From NCBI RefSeq assembly GCF_902713615.1, contig NC_052172.1, positions 19,501,327 through 19,565,326 on the forward strand: 64,000 nucleotides of DNA, in the 5' to 3' direction. Under the pieces are notes generated by a model. It ran no database searches. It was given only the letters and a program-made list of their open reading frames with translations, and was not told where the DNA came from. Every line of letters starts with the position of its first letter. Position 1 is the first letter of the stretch. The translations under genes and the position numbers were made by a program. This document shows positions 1 to 13,229 of this stretch, piece after piece. This DNA is from Scyliorhinus canicula. Taxonomy: Eukaryota.

Positions 1-198
1 TCATCTCACCTCGCCCTGCATCTGTGTCATTTTGGCAAATCCCTTTTTTGTATTTTGAAAATGTCTTAAATTGGAGATTTAATTTTTTTGACTGCTCGAA
101 ACCCCACCTCTAATATCCAAGAAAATTGATGTACCATTTACAAATAAATAACAGCGAATCTAAATGAAAAATACTAATTGTTGCTGCTGCTAATTAAT

Positions 199-368
199 CA
201 AATGAAAATCGCTTATTGTCACAAGTAGGCTTCAAATGAAGTTACTATGACAAGCCCCTAGTCGCCACATTCCAGCGCCTGTTCGGGGAGGCTGGTACGA
301 GAATTGAACCCGCGCTGCTGGCCTTGGTCTGCTTTACAAGCCAGCTATTTGGCCCACTGTGCTAAACC
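199..368 (-). mobile_element. tRNA-derived SINE ((TTTCA)n-tailed family)
   Basis: Reverse: ggtttagcacagtgggcc..ggttcaattc..ccgaacaggcgctggaatgtggcgactagggg..gcctacttgtgacaataagcgattttcattt. Confidence 0.88.
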
Positions 369-395
369 ATTAGTTAAAGAAAGAGTCCCCATTCT

Positions 396-1934
396 TTTTT
401 TTTATAAATGTTTTTTATTCAGTTTTCATGTTTTATATTGAACAAATTACAAATTGTTAGAGAGAGAGAAAAAAAAAAGAACACGCAAAAATTAACATAT
501 ATATTTACAGGTGAGCATCTTTGTAGTAATAACTGTGGCCTCCCCCCTTTTCGCCGGCATACATATTTTACATTCCCCAACATGTTTATTGGCATTTATT
601 TAGTTTGGTTTTGGGCCTTAGCTAGCCATCAAACCCCCGTAACGAGCCCGTAGCCCCCCCCCCCCCCCCCCCCCCGCCCCGCCGGCTACCTTCCCCCGAC
701 TATTCTTCCTCTTGTACGTTGGCCACAAACAGGTCCCGGAACAATTGCATGAATGGCTCCCACGTTCTGTGGAAGCCGTCGTCCGACCCTCGGATGGCGA
801 ATTTGATTTTCTCCATTTGGAGAGATTCTGAGAGGTCGGACAGCCAGTCTGCAGCTCTGGGCGGTGCTGCTGACCGCCAGCCAAACAGGATTCTACGGCG
901 GGCGATCAGGGAGGCAAAGGCAAGGGCGTCCGCCCTCCTCCCCAGGAATAGATCTGGCTGGTCTGAAACCCCGAAGACCGCCACTATCGGGCATGGCTCC
1001 ACCCTCACCCCCACCACTTTGGACATAGCCTCGAAGAAGGCTGTCCAGTACTCCACAAGTCTGGGGCAAGACCAGAACATGTGGGCGTGGTTGGCCGGGC
1101 CTCTTTGGCGCCGCTCACATCTGTCCTCCACCTCCGGGAAGAACCTACTCATACAGTTTCTCGTTAAGTGGGCTCTATGTACCACTTTTAGTTGCGTCAG
1201 GCTGAGCCTTGCGCACGTGGAGGTGGAGTTGACCCTATGCAGTGCTTCGCTCCAGAGTCCCCACCCTATCTCCATCCCCAGGTCGTCCTCCCATTTCCTT
1301 CTTGTTGCGTCCAGTACGGTGTCGTCCCTATCTACCAGTCGGCCATACATGTCACTACAGTTCCCTTTCCCTAGGATACTTGCGTCCAGTAGGTCTTCCA
1401 GTAGTGTCTGTCGTGGCGGTTGTGGGTACGTCCTTGTCTCCTTTCGTAGGAAGTTTTTGAGCTGCAGGTACCGTAGCTCGTTCCCCCCAGCTAGCTGAAA
1501 TTTCTCTGTCAGTTCGTCCAGTGTTGCGATCCTGTCGTCCGTGTATAGGTCCCTGACTGTCAGTGTCCCCCCGTCCTGTCTCCACCTTTTGAAGGTGGCG
1601 TCAGTCAGTGCTGGTTTGAACCTATGGTTGTTGCAGATGGGAGCCTTGTCCGACATTTTGTTCAGGCCAAATTGCTGCCGCAGTTGGTTCCAGGATTGGA
1701 GGGTGGCTGTCACCACTGGGCTGCTGGAGTGTTTTTTGGGTGGGGATGGGAGTGCTGCCGTGGCGAGGGCCCGGAGGGAGGTTCCCATGCAGGAGGCCTC
1801 CTCCGCACGCACCCACTCGGCTTCTGGCTCCTGGATCCATCCCCTTACTCGCTCGGCTGTTGCCGCCCAGTGGTAGAATTGTAGATTCGGGAGGGCTAGC
1901 CCCCCCCCCGGATTTTGTTTTCTGTAGGACCTTC
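396..1934 (-). mobile_element. 5'-truncated L1/Tx1-clade LINE (ORF2 C-terminus, 3' UTR, poly-A tail)
   Basis: GG-LALPNLQFYHWA-type motif (frameshifted at a poly-C run), open 370-aa ORF2 tail with a zinc-knuckle relic (CER..GPANHAHMFWSC), AATAAA plus A-tail, 14-bp TSD agagtcc(c/g)cattct at 382-395 and 1935-1948. Confidence 0.9.
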
Positions 1935-2219
1935 AGAGTCCGCATTCTAAAGCCACAGTGCTAACCTTTTCTTTTCTCCTTCCGTTGTGGAGTTAGTTGA
2001 CATTGTGTACACAGTAAAATCCCACAAACAGCATAGTGATGAGGGCAGATTATCTGTTTCAATGACACAATGGGTTAAATATTGACCCCAGGTCAAGGGG
2101 AGAATGTCGTTACTTTCCGCAGCTGAAAACCTGTGATGTTATTCAAAAAAGATTTGCATCTCAAGCAACGCCTCCAAACACAGTTGTGGAAAAAAGTAAT
2201 TTGACTCAAAGTGTTAACT

Positions 2220-2473
2220 CTGTGTCTCTCGCACAAGGTATACGCCCGTATCGACTTCTTTGCAGTGGGGAAATCGGTGCTTTCAGGGATCACGGGAACG
2301 GACTACTCTGCGATCGTTATCTCCGACCATGCTCCCCATTATATGGATGTGAGGTTGGAGACAGGCCGGGTCCAGCGCCCCACATGGAGGCTGGACACAG
2401 ACCTCCTGGCTGACAAGGCTTTCTGCCCTAAAATAACGCAGGTCGTCGGCGATTACGTTAGTAACAACCAAAA

Positions 2474-2506
<33 letters not shown>

Positions 2507-2765
2507 GTGTCACCCTCCACGTTCGGGAGGCAGTGAAGGCCATGATCAGAGGAGAGATCATAGCCTACAAGGCAAGTAGAGATAGGGAAGAGAGGGTGGC
2601 CAGGTAACAGCTCGTGGACTCCATTCTGTAAGTCAATAGAAAGTACTCTGAGGCCCCGACCGTAGAGATGCTGGCGGAGAGGAAAAAGCTACAAATGGAC
2701 TTTAACCTGCTCTCCACTAGGAAAGCAGTGTACCAACTCCGCCAGACACAGGGGACATTCTTCAG
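2220..2765 (+). mobile_element. L1/Tx1-clade LINE fragment, APE endonuclease C-terminus
   Basis: HKVYARIDFF...ISDHAP...WRLDTDLL endonuclease motifs, followed by stops and frameshifts. Confidence 0.88.
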
Positions 2766-3197
2766 CATGGTTGTTTTTTGTGTATTAAGTTTAAATATTG
2801 CACACAAAGGAAATTTGGGTTCAAGTGTTGCCACATCGATATGGCAGGGAGTTCTCGTGGCGAGGCATGGTGTGATCTTGGTGGCCACAGAAGGTGCGTT
2901 AATAATGTTGATTTTCAGTGTGTTAAATCTCTCCTGATGGCCAGCGGTATGGGCGGGAGCGATTCCTGGTCTGTCAGACTGCAGGAGGCAGTAGCAAACC
3001 ACTGCAGTACTTTACTGAGCATCATGGCTGACCAACCCAGTGGAATCCACTGTCGCCAACACCCTGCTAGGGCCTAGTCAAGAGGACTTAGATACAATGC
3101 ATGGAAACTGACCTCTCCAATACTGATTCGTTTCTATCAGGAATGATTGTCTTAAAGTCGTTCCCTTAAAGTACATTAGTGAACCAGATTTTTTTTT

Positions 3198-3690
3198 ACA
3201 TAGAATTTACAGTGCAGAAGGAGGCCATTCAGCCCAGCGAGTCTGCTCTGCACACCCCACTTAAGCCCACAGCTCCACCCTATCCCTGTAAACCAGTCAC
3301 CTAAGGGCAATTAAAAAAAATAATAATTTAGAGTACCCAATTATTTTTTCCATTTAAGGGGCAATTTAGCGTGGCCAATCCACCTAACCTACACATCTTT
3401 GGGTTGTGGGGGTGAAACCCACGCAAACACAGGGAGAATGTGCAAACTCCACACGGACAGTGACCCAGGGCCAGGATCGAACCTGGGACCTCGGCGCCAT
3501 AGGCAACAATGCTAACCACTGTGCTGCCCCACCTAAGGGTAATTTGCACGTCTTTGGACTGTGGGAGGAAACCGGAGCACCCGGAGGAAACCCATGCACA
3601 CACAGGGAGAAGGTGCAGACAGTGGCCCAGGCCGGGAATCGAACCTGGGACCTTGGAGCTGTGAAGCAACTGTGCATTGTGCTACCATGT
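3198..3690 (-). mobile_element. HE1-type SINE (CR1-like tail) with a nested A-tailed HE1 variant (3313-3529)
   Basis: tRNA-like head, V-domain, ggcctccttctgcactgt tail; nested copy has 15-bp TSD cacctaaggg(c/t)aatt. Confidence 0.9.
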
Positions 3691-4129
3691 AGACCTTTAT
3701 TCCAGATTTTTATTGAATTCAAGTTTCACCGTCTGCCGTGGTAGGATTGGATGTCCCCAGAACATCACCCCGAGTGCCTGGAATCCTCGTCCAGCAACAA
3801 TACCACCTCCTTGTCAACAAGGAAAATCCCAACATTATGAATAAACCTTGTAACTGGTAACTGAAAATTAATTTGACAGCACAGTGCTAATAACAACTTT
3901 AATTATCATACAACACGCACAATCACATCTGTAATTTTTAACTGTTAATACGTTTCCACCCATTTCATGCCCACTTTTGCTTTATTAGAAGCACTTCCCT
4001 GCAATTTTCTCATTAAGGCATTCGTTTATCAATAAATATTTTAGTCTTTTCTTAGTCAGAGCTGGGCAAATATCCAATCGAGAGACACTGTGAGGCAGTT
4101 CCCGATGAACAACATATGCCCACCCCAAC

Positions 4130-4535
4130 CAACTCACACCCCAAAACACACATACTGATGAATACAAAAACATACATCCCGAAGCACATAGAAACATACG
4201 TGCTCACAATCCAACAAACACAGATACACACACACATGTATATATCCCAACACCGATACACGGACACAAAAACATGCATCCCAACACACACAGACACACA
4301 TGCACAAAGACACGGAAACACATGCTCACACTCCAACACACACATGCCCGTACATGCACACATTTATATCCCCCAATACTGATACAGACAGAGGGACAGA
4401 GACATGCACACTCACATACAAAACACACACCCCAACACAGGCACACTCCCAACATACAGGCTGACTCATATACACATCCCCAAAAAAGCATACACAGCAT
4501 TTCACAGGTACAACGCAACACGCACACATTGACAT
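4130..4535. repeat. Degenerate (CA)n-rich microsatellite
   Basis: CA-rich low complexity. Confidence 0.88.
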
Positions 4536-4543
4536 TCCAAAGC

Positions 4544-4937
4544 ATGAAATGAAAATCGCTTATTGTCACAAATAGGCTTCAAATGCTGCCTACGGCGCTG
4601 AGGACCTGGGTTCGAATCCCGGCCCTGGGTCACTGTCCGTGTGGAGTTTGCACATTCTCCCCATGTCTGCGTGGGTTTCACCCCCACAACCCAAAGATGT
4701 GCAGGATAGGTAGATTGGCCACTCTAAATTGCCCCTTAATTGGAAAAAATAATTGGGTACTCTAAATTTTTTTATTTTTTTTTAAATGCTTCAAATGAAG
4801 TTACTGTGAAAAGCCCCTAGTCACCACATTCCGGCGCCTGTTCGGGGAGGCTGGTATGGGAATTGAACCCGTGCTGCTGACCTGCCTTGGTCTGCTTTCA
4901 AAGCCAGCGATTTAGCCCAGTGTGCTAAACCAGCCCC
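4544..4937 (-). mobile_element. tRNA-derived SINE ((TTTCA)n-tailed family) with a nested A-tailed HE1 variant (4586-4787, +)
   Basis: Same family as 199-368, 25257-25428, 57710-57893 and 62121-62295; nested TSD gcttcaaatg. Confidence 0.88.
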
Positions 4938-4949
4938 TGACGTAGCACG

Positions 4950-5345
4950 CAGACATATACATACATGCAAACTCACAGACACAAGCACACACAAATAAAC
5001 TCACACAGGCACAAACTTACACACACCCACTACACACACACACGCACACCTGCACCCACCCACACATACCCGCCCACACACACACACACACCTGCACACC
5101 CACATACACACCAACACACACACACACATGCTCCCACATACACACACCCGCATGCACACACACACACCCTCCCAAACATACACAAACCCGCATATACATA
5201 CACCCGCACACTCACCCACACATACATACACTCACACACACACAGACACACACTCACGCACACACACTCACACACAAACGCACACACTCACTCACAAACA
5301 AACACACTCACAGACACTCACACGCAGACACACACACTCACTCAC
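4950..5345. repeat. Degenerate (CA)n-rich microsatellite
   Basis: CA-rich low complexity; source of the His/Thr and Cys/Val ORFs. Confidence 0.92.
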
Positions 5346-5964
5346 GTATAAACTTTACGCCTCAGCAGCTACTGCTTCAGCAAGTGGAAAATCCACATCA
5401 GAAACTGGAAGAAGAAGAATTCCCCCGGGTCTGATCCACAAGCTCTTCGTAAATAAACACAGGTTCTGCCTAGAAATGTGAACTCCTGCCCACATGCAGC
5501 TCCCATCAACAGATAATCATAAAGTGGGAGCAGTATTTACAATTGTGCATTGAGAGCATTACAGTATGAGGAGGTCACGGAGATTGAGAGAGGAGATTTA
5601 TTCAACCTTCCTGGGGAAGGGAAATGGCCGATGATGTGGAACTGAATTCTTCACTTCACATTTTTACACTTGCTGTGGTGGCAGAAAAGTCCCTGTCTCA
5701 CGGGGCCAGTGGGTTTATTTTAGTTGATGCCCAGTCAGATGAAAATAAACACTAACATTGCTGTAACAAAGATCCAACAATGGTATGATCACTGAATGAA
5801 GACAAAAGAGTGGTGGTCAGTTTGAAAAGATGTGTTGGGGGGGGTCTGTAGAATTCTAATGAACATTTGCGCTCAGAATTGTTAACCCCGTTTCTCAGAT
5901 GCTGTATTGCCAGAAATGATTCACTTTTATTCCTATCAGTTTTTTAGCTTCTCATTCTATTCAA

Positions 5965-7095
5965 GAACATAGATTTGTGTAGCGCCTTTCACCACCCTCA
6001 GAGTGTCCCAGAGTGCTTTACAGCTGATGAAGTGCATTTTTTGAAGCGCAGTCACTGTTGCAATGTCGGGCAACGTGGCAGCCAATTTGGGCACAGCAAG
6101 CTCCCACAACCAGCAAAGTGATCACCACCTGATCATTTTCATTGACCATGTGGGCGGTGGGATAAATATTGGCAAGGAAAGTGGGGAGAGCTCCCCTGCT
6201 CCTCTTCAAAATAGTGGCCGTGGAATCTTTCACATCTGTCTGGGAGGGCAATCTGGACCTTGATCTCTGAAGGCAGAAGGGCAGGTTAATAGGGTGGGTG
6301 GAAAAGGCATATGGGGCACTTGCCTTTATCAATCAGGGCATAGATTGCAAAAGCAGAGAGGTCATGTTGGAGTTGTATAGAACTTTGGTGAGGCCACAGC
6401 TGGAGCACTGTGTGCAATTCTGGTCACCACGTTATAGGAAGGATGTGATTGCACTGGAGGGAGTGCAGAGGGGATTCACCAGGATGTTGCCTGGGATGGA
6501 ACATTTAAGTTGTGAAGAGAGGTTGGATAGGCTTGGGTTGTTTTCGCTGGAGCAGAGAGGGGTGAGGTGGACAAGATTATGGGGATCATGGACAGGGTGG
6601 ATAGGGAGCAGCTGTTCCCCTTAGTTGAAGGGTCCGTTGCGAGGGGGGCACAAGTTCAAGGTAAGGGGCTGGAGGTTCAGGGGGGATTTGAGCAAATACT
6701 TTTTTTACCCAGAGGGTGGTGACGGTCTGGAACGCACGGCCTGGGAGGGTGGTGATGGTCAGGAACGCACTGCCTGGGAGGGTGGTGATGGTCAGGAACG
6801 CACTGCCTGGGAGGGTGGTGAGGGTCTGGAACACACGGCCTGGGAGGGGGGTAGAGGCGGGTTGCCTCACATCCTTTAAAAAGTACCTGGATGAGCACTT
6901 GGCATGTCCTGACATTCAAGGCTATGGGTCAAGTGCAGGTAAATGGCATTAGGATTGGCAGTAGTGCCTTTCATGCAGACTCGATGGGCTGAAGGGCCTT
7001 TTCTGCACTGTATTTGTCTGTGATTCTGTGATTTAAAGCTTAAATAGAAAGGCAAAGCCTCTGACAGTGCAGCACTCCCTCAGTGACACTGGGAT
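5965..7095 (-). mobile_element. SacSINE1-like Deu-SINE split by a CR1 insertion (parts 5965-6262 and 7034-7095)
   Basis: Deu-domain motifs (reverse): gctgcactgtcagagg..aaagattccacggccactatttt gaagaggagcaggggagctctcccc..ccaatatttatccc. Confidence 0.8.
6263..7033 (+). mobile_element. CR1/HER1-type LINE 3' fragment with an internal 4x33-bp duplication
   Basis: LYRTLVRPQLEHCVQFWSP...LGLFSLE...RGHKFK...WNALP CR1 ORF2 motifs; tail gggccttttctgcactgt + (attctgtg)n; splits a Deu-SINE. Confidence 0.92.
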
Positions 7096-7567
7096 ATGCG
7101 AGATATACCAGAGTGAAAGCGGCAGTGGGGTGGGGGGTAGCTATCGGCTTCCTGTTCCCCCCAAAAAAACTCCAGCATTCTTTCACATTCTTCCATTTGA
7201 TGCTTTTTCATCGTAGACCTGTCGAGCCTTAAGGTCGGTTATTTAATATCCCGTAACAAATCCCATCCACATCACAGCTTAATGATGGAGAATCATTGGC
7301 TGAATGTGGAACAAGATTGTGGTTTAAACATTCCGGATTGGATTATACATTTTCCCTCTTTTTCCAGCGTTATTGAAAGGAGATGAGGCAACCAGCTGCC
7401 AGTCTCCATGGTAAGTAACGAATGCTCGCACTATCAAAGCAGGATGAAATGTTGGTAGTTTTATTGATTGTAAAGCACTTTGCGATTGATTGCCCAGCTC
7501 TCCCAGCAGAGAGACCTCAGTAATATTTCAGAAATGCCTTTAACAGACACTTTGATATCATAGAATC

Positions 7568-7900
7568 ATTGAATTTACAGTGCAGAAGGTGGCCATTCAG
7601 CCCATCGAGTCTGCACCAGCCCTTGGAAAGAGCACCCTACCTAAGCCCACACCTCCACCCTATCCCCATAACCCAGTAACCCCCAGCTAACCTTTTTTGG
7701 ACACTAAGGGGCAATTTAGCACGGCCAATCCACCTAACCAGGACATCTTTGGACTGTGGGAGGAAACTGGAGCACCTGGAGGAAACCTACGCAGACACAG
7801 GGAGAGCGTGCAGACTCAACACACAGTGGCCCAAGCTGGGAATCACACCTGGGACCCTGGAGCTGTGAAGCAACAGTGCTAACCACTGTGCTACCCTGCC
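7568..7900 (-). mobile_element. HE1-type V-SINE
   Basis: Head, V-domain and CR1-like tail. Confidence 0.9.
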
Positions 7901-8220
7901 GTCCATATGCAGGAGGTTCAACTGATATCCATTGCCCAGGTAGCAGAGGCTGCCTTTTTGCAGCAATGTATGAGCTAGCTGTGTGCAGTGATAGGAGGGT
8001 TGGGGACAGTAGCTGAGTGAGCTTAGATGGGCTGAATGGCCTTCCTCGCCCATCTTTATTGCGATGTTGGCTTGGGCTGCCAAGAAAAGGTGCGGAAAAC
8101 CTCATATAAGGTGGTGGTGTAGTAGTCTTGTAACTAGACTAGTAATCTAGACACCCAGGTTCAAATACCATCACAGCAGATGGCGAAATTAAATTTTTTA
8201 TAATCCAGAATTTGGGGTGG

Positions 8221-8515
8221 CGAGGTGGCACAATGGTTAGCACTGCTGCCTCACAGCGCCAGGGACCCGGGTACGATTCCGACCTCAGGCTTCTGACTGT
8301 GTGGAGTTTGCAACTTCTTCCCGTGTCTGCGTGGGTTTCCTCCGGGTGCTCCGGTTTCCTCCCACAGTCCAAAGGTGTGCAGATTAGGTGGATTGGATAT
8401 GCTAAATTGTTCCACAGTGGGGTTACAAGGATAGGACTGGGGATTGGGCTCTTTCGGAGGGTCGGTGCAGACCCTATGGGCTAATTAGCCTCCTTCTGCA
8501 TGGTAGGGATTCTAT
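8221..8515 (+). mobile_element. HE1-type V-SINE
   Basis: Head, V-domain and CR1-like tail. Confidence 0.88.
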
Positions 8516-8807
8516 GAAAACATGGGAATTTTGGGGGAGCTGATGAGCAAGATGAGCAAGAAATCAGGATGGGAAGTGCAAGTTTGATAGAGCGGCTGGT
8601 CGTTAGTCGACGAGAGCACAAGTTCAAGGCAGGACCCTGGGAGCAGATTGTCCATCAGATTCAAATGAAATTTGGCGCATGATATAAACAGTGAAGGAAG
8701 TCTAAGAAGGAAGGAAAAATAATTGCAAAATCAATGCAGTGGGAACATCCCATTTTCTACAATCAGAAAAATAATTATATTTTTAAATCTGCAAAGCATT
8801 TAGGGAA

Positions 8808-9037
8808 TTTATTTTTTTATATAAATTGAGAGTGCCCAATTCATTCTTTCCAATTAAGGGGCAATTTAGCGTGGCCAATCCACCTACCCTGCACATCTTT
8901 GGGTTGCAGGGGTGAAACCCACACAGACACGGGGAGAATGTGCAAACTCCACATGGTCAGTGACCCAGGGCCGGGATCGAACCTAGGACCTCGGTGCCTT
9001 GAGGCAGCAGTGCTAACCACTGCGCCACCGTGCTGTC
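8808..9037 (-). mobile_element. A-tailed short HE1 variant
   Basis: cacccc..aacccaaagatgtgcagggtagg..ccccttaattggaaa diagnostic sequence. Confidence 0.88.
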
Positions 9038-9099
9038 CACTGCTGCCCGTGATGACAATTTGGTGATTTCCTGTCAAAATCCAGGCTGACGCTCCCACT

Positions 9100-9360
9100 T
9101 CTGTACTGAGGGACTGCTGCGCTGTTAGAGATCCAGGTGAGCCAAGTAAACCAGAGCTCCATCTACCCTCTCAGGTACTTGTAAAAGATCGTACTCCAAC
9201 AAGGAGCAGGGGAGTTCTATCCGGTGTCCTGCCCAATAGTTATCCCCCAATCGACATCACTAAAACAGAAAATCTGTGCACGGGAGCTTGCTCTACACCA
9301 GGTGGTCTTTCCTGCATTCCAAAAATATTTAGTTTGCAGCAAAGAATTTTGAGGTGATGA
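9100..9360 (+). mobile_element. SacSINE1-like Deu-SINE relic
   Basis: ctctcaggt..gtaaaagatc..gagcaggggagttctatccggtgtcctgcccaatagttatcc. Confidence 0.75.
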
Positions 9361-9852
9361 AAACATACACGTTCTTATCCCTTCCCCATCTCCATCTTGT
9401 GGGAATACTGTGGCTACAATGATCTTCCTATTACTGCATGTCAAACATGCACACATCCCAATCCTCATACCGTCTCTAAACCTGGCGGTTAAGCATTGAT
9501 TGTTCCTGATGTTATGACTGACCAGTTTTCTAAAATGAAACAACGATTGTTGTGAATAATAAAGAGCCTCTGTATTAATATACAGATAGTTGATCAACTA
9601 AAGAGTTCAGATCAGATCACAGTGAAATCAATAGAATCTTGGATATTGCAAGTCTGTACAATTATTGCTATAATTATGCAGAACATTGATTTTTGAACTA
9701 TTCATTCCCCTCCATGGTGCAAGCAGTGGGCCAACTTCCACTTGGAGTAATTTCACCTGTCTAATCATTCCCCATTCTTCTCAAAGCACAGACTCCTCGA
9801 GAATGGGTCCATGTTGCCCTCGCTATCTCACCTAGTGGCTGTTTTCAAAGAA

Positions 9853-10165
9853 TCATAAAATTTACAGTGCAGAAGGAGGCCATTCGGCCCATCGAGTCTG
9901 CACCGGCCCTTGGAAAGAGCACCCAATTTAAGCCCCACTGCTCCATCCTATCCCCGTAACCCAGTAACCCCACCTAACCATTTTTTTGGGCACTAAGGGC
10001 AATTTAGCGCAGCCAATCCCCCTAACCTGCACATCTTTGGACTGTGGGAGGAAACCGGAGCACCCGAGGAAACCCACGCAGACACGGGGAGAACGTGCAG
10101 ACTCCGCACCGACAGTGACCCAAACCGGGAATCAAATCTGGGACCTCTGGAACTGTGTTGTGCTG
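9853..10165 (-). mobile_element. HE1-type V-SINE
   Basis: V-domain and CR1-like tail. Confidence 0.9.
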
Positions 10166-10720
10166 TGAGAACTGGAGAGTTTCCCCCCAACTCACTTGAG
10201 CATCAAGGCCAATTTTCTGAATCAGTCGAGTGGATCTGGGTTCCTTCTGGTCTGAATTTCTCAGTCTAACACCAGCTGATGGATTTAACTATTGGGACAC
10301 TGGGGCAGTAACAAAAACAATTGATTTATCCTTATTTATATAAATCAGTGAAGAGAATGTGTAATTAAATGGCAATGAGGAAGAAAGGGGTTTCTGTACA
10401 ATCGCAAATTGTGCCATTTTGGTGATGATTTATAGAGCAGGAGAAACATATTGCTTCATTGTTGCCTAGAAGGTGGTTAGTAGTTTGTTGATAATAAAAC
10501 AAACAACACAAATAAATGGTTCAATTTGTACAGAATATTGGAATACAGCCTTAAAACACAAAAAAAAACAAGATTCCGAAATGGACTCATTTAGAAACGC
10601 CGTCTGAATCCTGGCTTTATAATACATTGAGATATTATTCAATAAAATATACATTTGCTTTTTGCAATTAACATTGCTTACTTGTTTTTCAATGGGTAAG
10701 TGGATTGTTCAATAAATTTA

Positions 10721-11032
10721 ACATAGAACATACAGTGCAGAAATTCGGCCCATCACGTTTGAACCGACCCATTTAAGCCTTCCACCCTATCCCCGTAACA
10801 CAATAACTTCTCCTAAGCTTTTTTGGACACTAAGGGCAATTTAGCCTGGCCAATCCACCTAACCTGCACATCTTTGGACTGTGGGAGGAAACCGGAGCAC
10901 CCGGAGGAAACCCACGCAGACACGGGGAGAACGTGCAGACTCCGCACAGACAGTGACCCAGCGGGGAATCGAACCTGGGACCCAGGCGCTGTGAAGCCAC
11001 AGTGCTAACCACTTGTGCTACCGTGCTGCCCA
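10721..11032 (-). mobile_element. HE1-type V-SINE
   Basis: Head, V-domain and tail. Confidence 0.9.
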
Positions 11033-11311
11033 AGCCATCTTTCTAAGCTGACAAGCCAGACAGATCCAAAACTCAACCCTTGGTCAGTTCTGAAGGAGGT
11101 GATCTCAACTGGGAGCTGAAATGGGACGATTAGAATTAGTCACCAAATTCCTGAAGTGAACTAATCAGCCGGATTGTCACTCCAGACCTTATTCGGTGAT
11201 CCATGTTGTGTATGGTTATTATTTTGGCTAAGATTAGATTCAGTTGTGATAACTCCACCTGCCAGCACTCTGAGACTGGGCCAACAGATGAAGAACTGAC
11301 ATTTATATCAC

Positions 11312-11592
11312 GGAACAGGAATAGATTATTTAACTCCTTGAGCCTGTTCCACCATTCAATTAGATCGTAGCTGATCATGTACACCATTCCCTGCACTATC
11401 CCCCTATCACCTGATGTTATTGTTATCTAGAAATCAAGCGCTCTCTGCTTTGAACATGCTCAATGATTGAGTGTACACAGCCCTCTGGGTAGAGAATTCC
11501 AAAGGTTCCCCAGCCTCCGAGTGAAGACTCTTCGCCTCATCACACTCCTGAATGACCTACTCCTTATTCTGAGAAGATGCCACATTCTGGAG
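11312..11592 (-). mobile_element. CR1 3' fragment
   Basis: LRIRSR.F...GNLWNSLP motif on the reverse strand. Confidence 0.78.
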
Positions 11593-11596
11593 TTAG

Positions 11597-11912
11597 AACA
11601 TGGAATCCCTACAGTGCAGAAGGAGGCCATTTGGCCCATTGAGTCTGTATCGACCCTCTGAAAGAGCACCCTACCTAGACCCACTCCCCCACCCCATCCC
11701 CCGTAACCTCACCTATCCTTTTGGACACTAAAGGACAATTGACCATGGCCAATCCACCTGAGCTGTACATCTTTGGACTGTGGGAGGAAACCAGAGTGCC
11801 CGGAGGAAACCCGTGCAGACACGGGGAGAACTCCACACAGTCACCTGAGGCCGGAATCGAACCTGGGTCCCTGGCGCTGTGAGGCAGCAGTGATAACCGC
11901 TGTGCCACTGTC
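11597..11912 (-). mobile_element. HE1-type V-SINE
   Basis: Head, V-domain and tail. Confidence 0.9.
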
Positions 11913-13229
11913 CCGCCTCTTTGGCTTCTCAGACCAGCAGGAGAAAGGATTGGCAGTCATGATTTCCAAATGATATCCATTGTCTGATATTACAGATGCT
12001 TTGTGATATCATTGCCACAGATGTATCAGGAATGGTTCATTACAATGAGATCCACACATCAGATAGAAATGTATACATGAAAACAGATAGGCTGTAATTT
12101 GCAGCATGAACACACCACAAGTTCCATATGATAATCATCTGACACTCACGGTTTACAGCAGACCCAACCCTGATTGTTCAGGTGAAGGTTGTGACCAGTT
12201 TAATTGCATTTGCACTATTGTTTCCTTCTTAATGCAACAGTGGATAACATAAACCATTGAGGTTTAAAATCTACACAAGGTGATTTGAAATGCCAGTCAA
12301 ATGCATGGCTGGAACTGCAGTCATATGAGATTTTATTGAATTCTATGTGACAGGGGGAATTATATCACCAGATGTATTGTCCTGGTGTGACTCTCATACC
12401 CATAAACTCACAACTCAGGCTAATGAGTGAGTGGAGCATTTCCCATGCCTGACCAGCAAGTGATATAAAATGAGGGTCTAATACAGTATATTTCACTCCA
12501 TTCGGTAAATCAGAATCCCTACAGTGCATCAAGAGGCCGTTTGGCCCATCGAGTCAGCACTGACCCTCTGAAAAAGCACCCTACCCAAACCCAAACCATC
12601 CCCATAATCCCTAGGGCCAATTTATCACGGCCAATCCACCCAACCTGCACATCTTCGGAGTGCGATAGGATTCAAAGAACAATACAGCACAGGAACAGGC
12701 CCTTTGCCCCCTCCAAGCCTGTACCGGTCAAGGGAGAGCTATTGGCCTTCCAAAGGGCGGAGTCCCTGGGACTCAGTTTCCTTATAAAGACGGGCAACAT
12801 GCTGGATATACTCAGCAGGTCTGGCAGCATCTGTGGATGGAGAAACAGGAATCAGCGTTACAGGTCCATCAGTCCATATAATGCACCTTGTGCACAATCT
12901 CTCTGAGAGTCTTCACAGGGATTCATTCTCCAGCCCTCCCGGGTCACCTGTGGTTTCAGGTAAAAATGCCTTTTCCTCACTCACACAAGCGACCCAATTA
13001 AAAAGAAAAATAGACCCAGGCCATCAATCCGGTGAATTGTAACGGGGAGGGTTGTGTTTAATGCACAAGGCTGCTTTCAAACTGATACCTTCATGTGGAG
13101 GGGAGGAAAGAGGGTTCTAGTGAATGAGGAAAAGCTGTGATTGTTGCAATGCTGAGCCCAGGATCTTCATCAGCTCAGTTGGGTTTGATGGGGAAGAAAT
13201 TGGAATTGGGTCCTTGCTGAAAGACTTAC

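Noticed and set aside
719-1498. 259-aa plus-strand ORF
   Set aside because: Antisense shadow of the LINE ORF2.
5350-5470. Possible TTC9B exon 2 after a minus-strand AG
   Set aside because: The frames read show no resemblance to CLLQSELVNYERV and contain stops.
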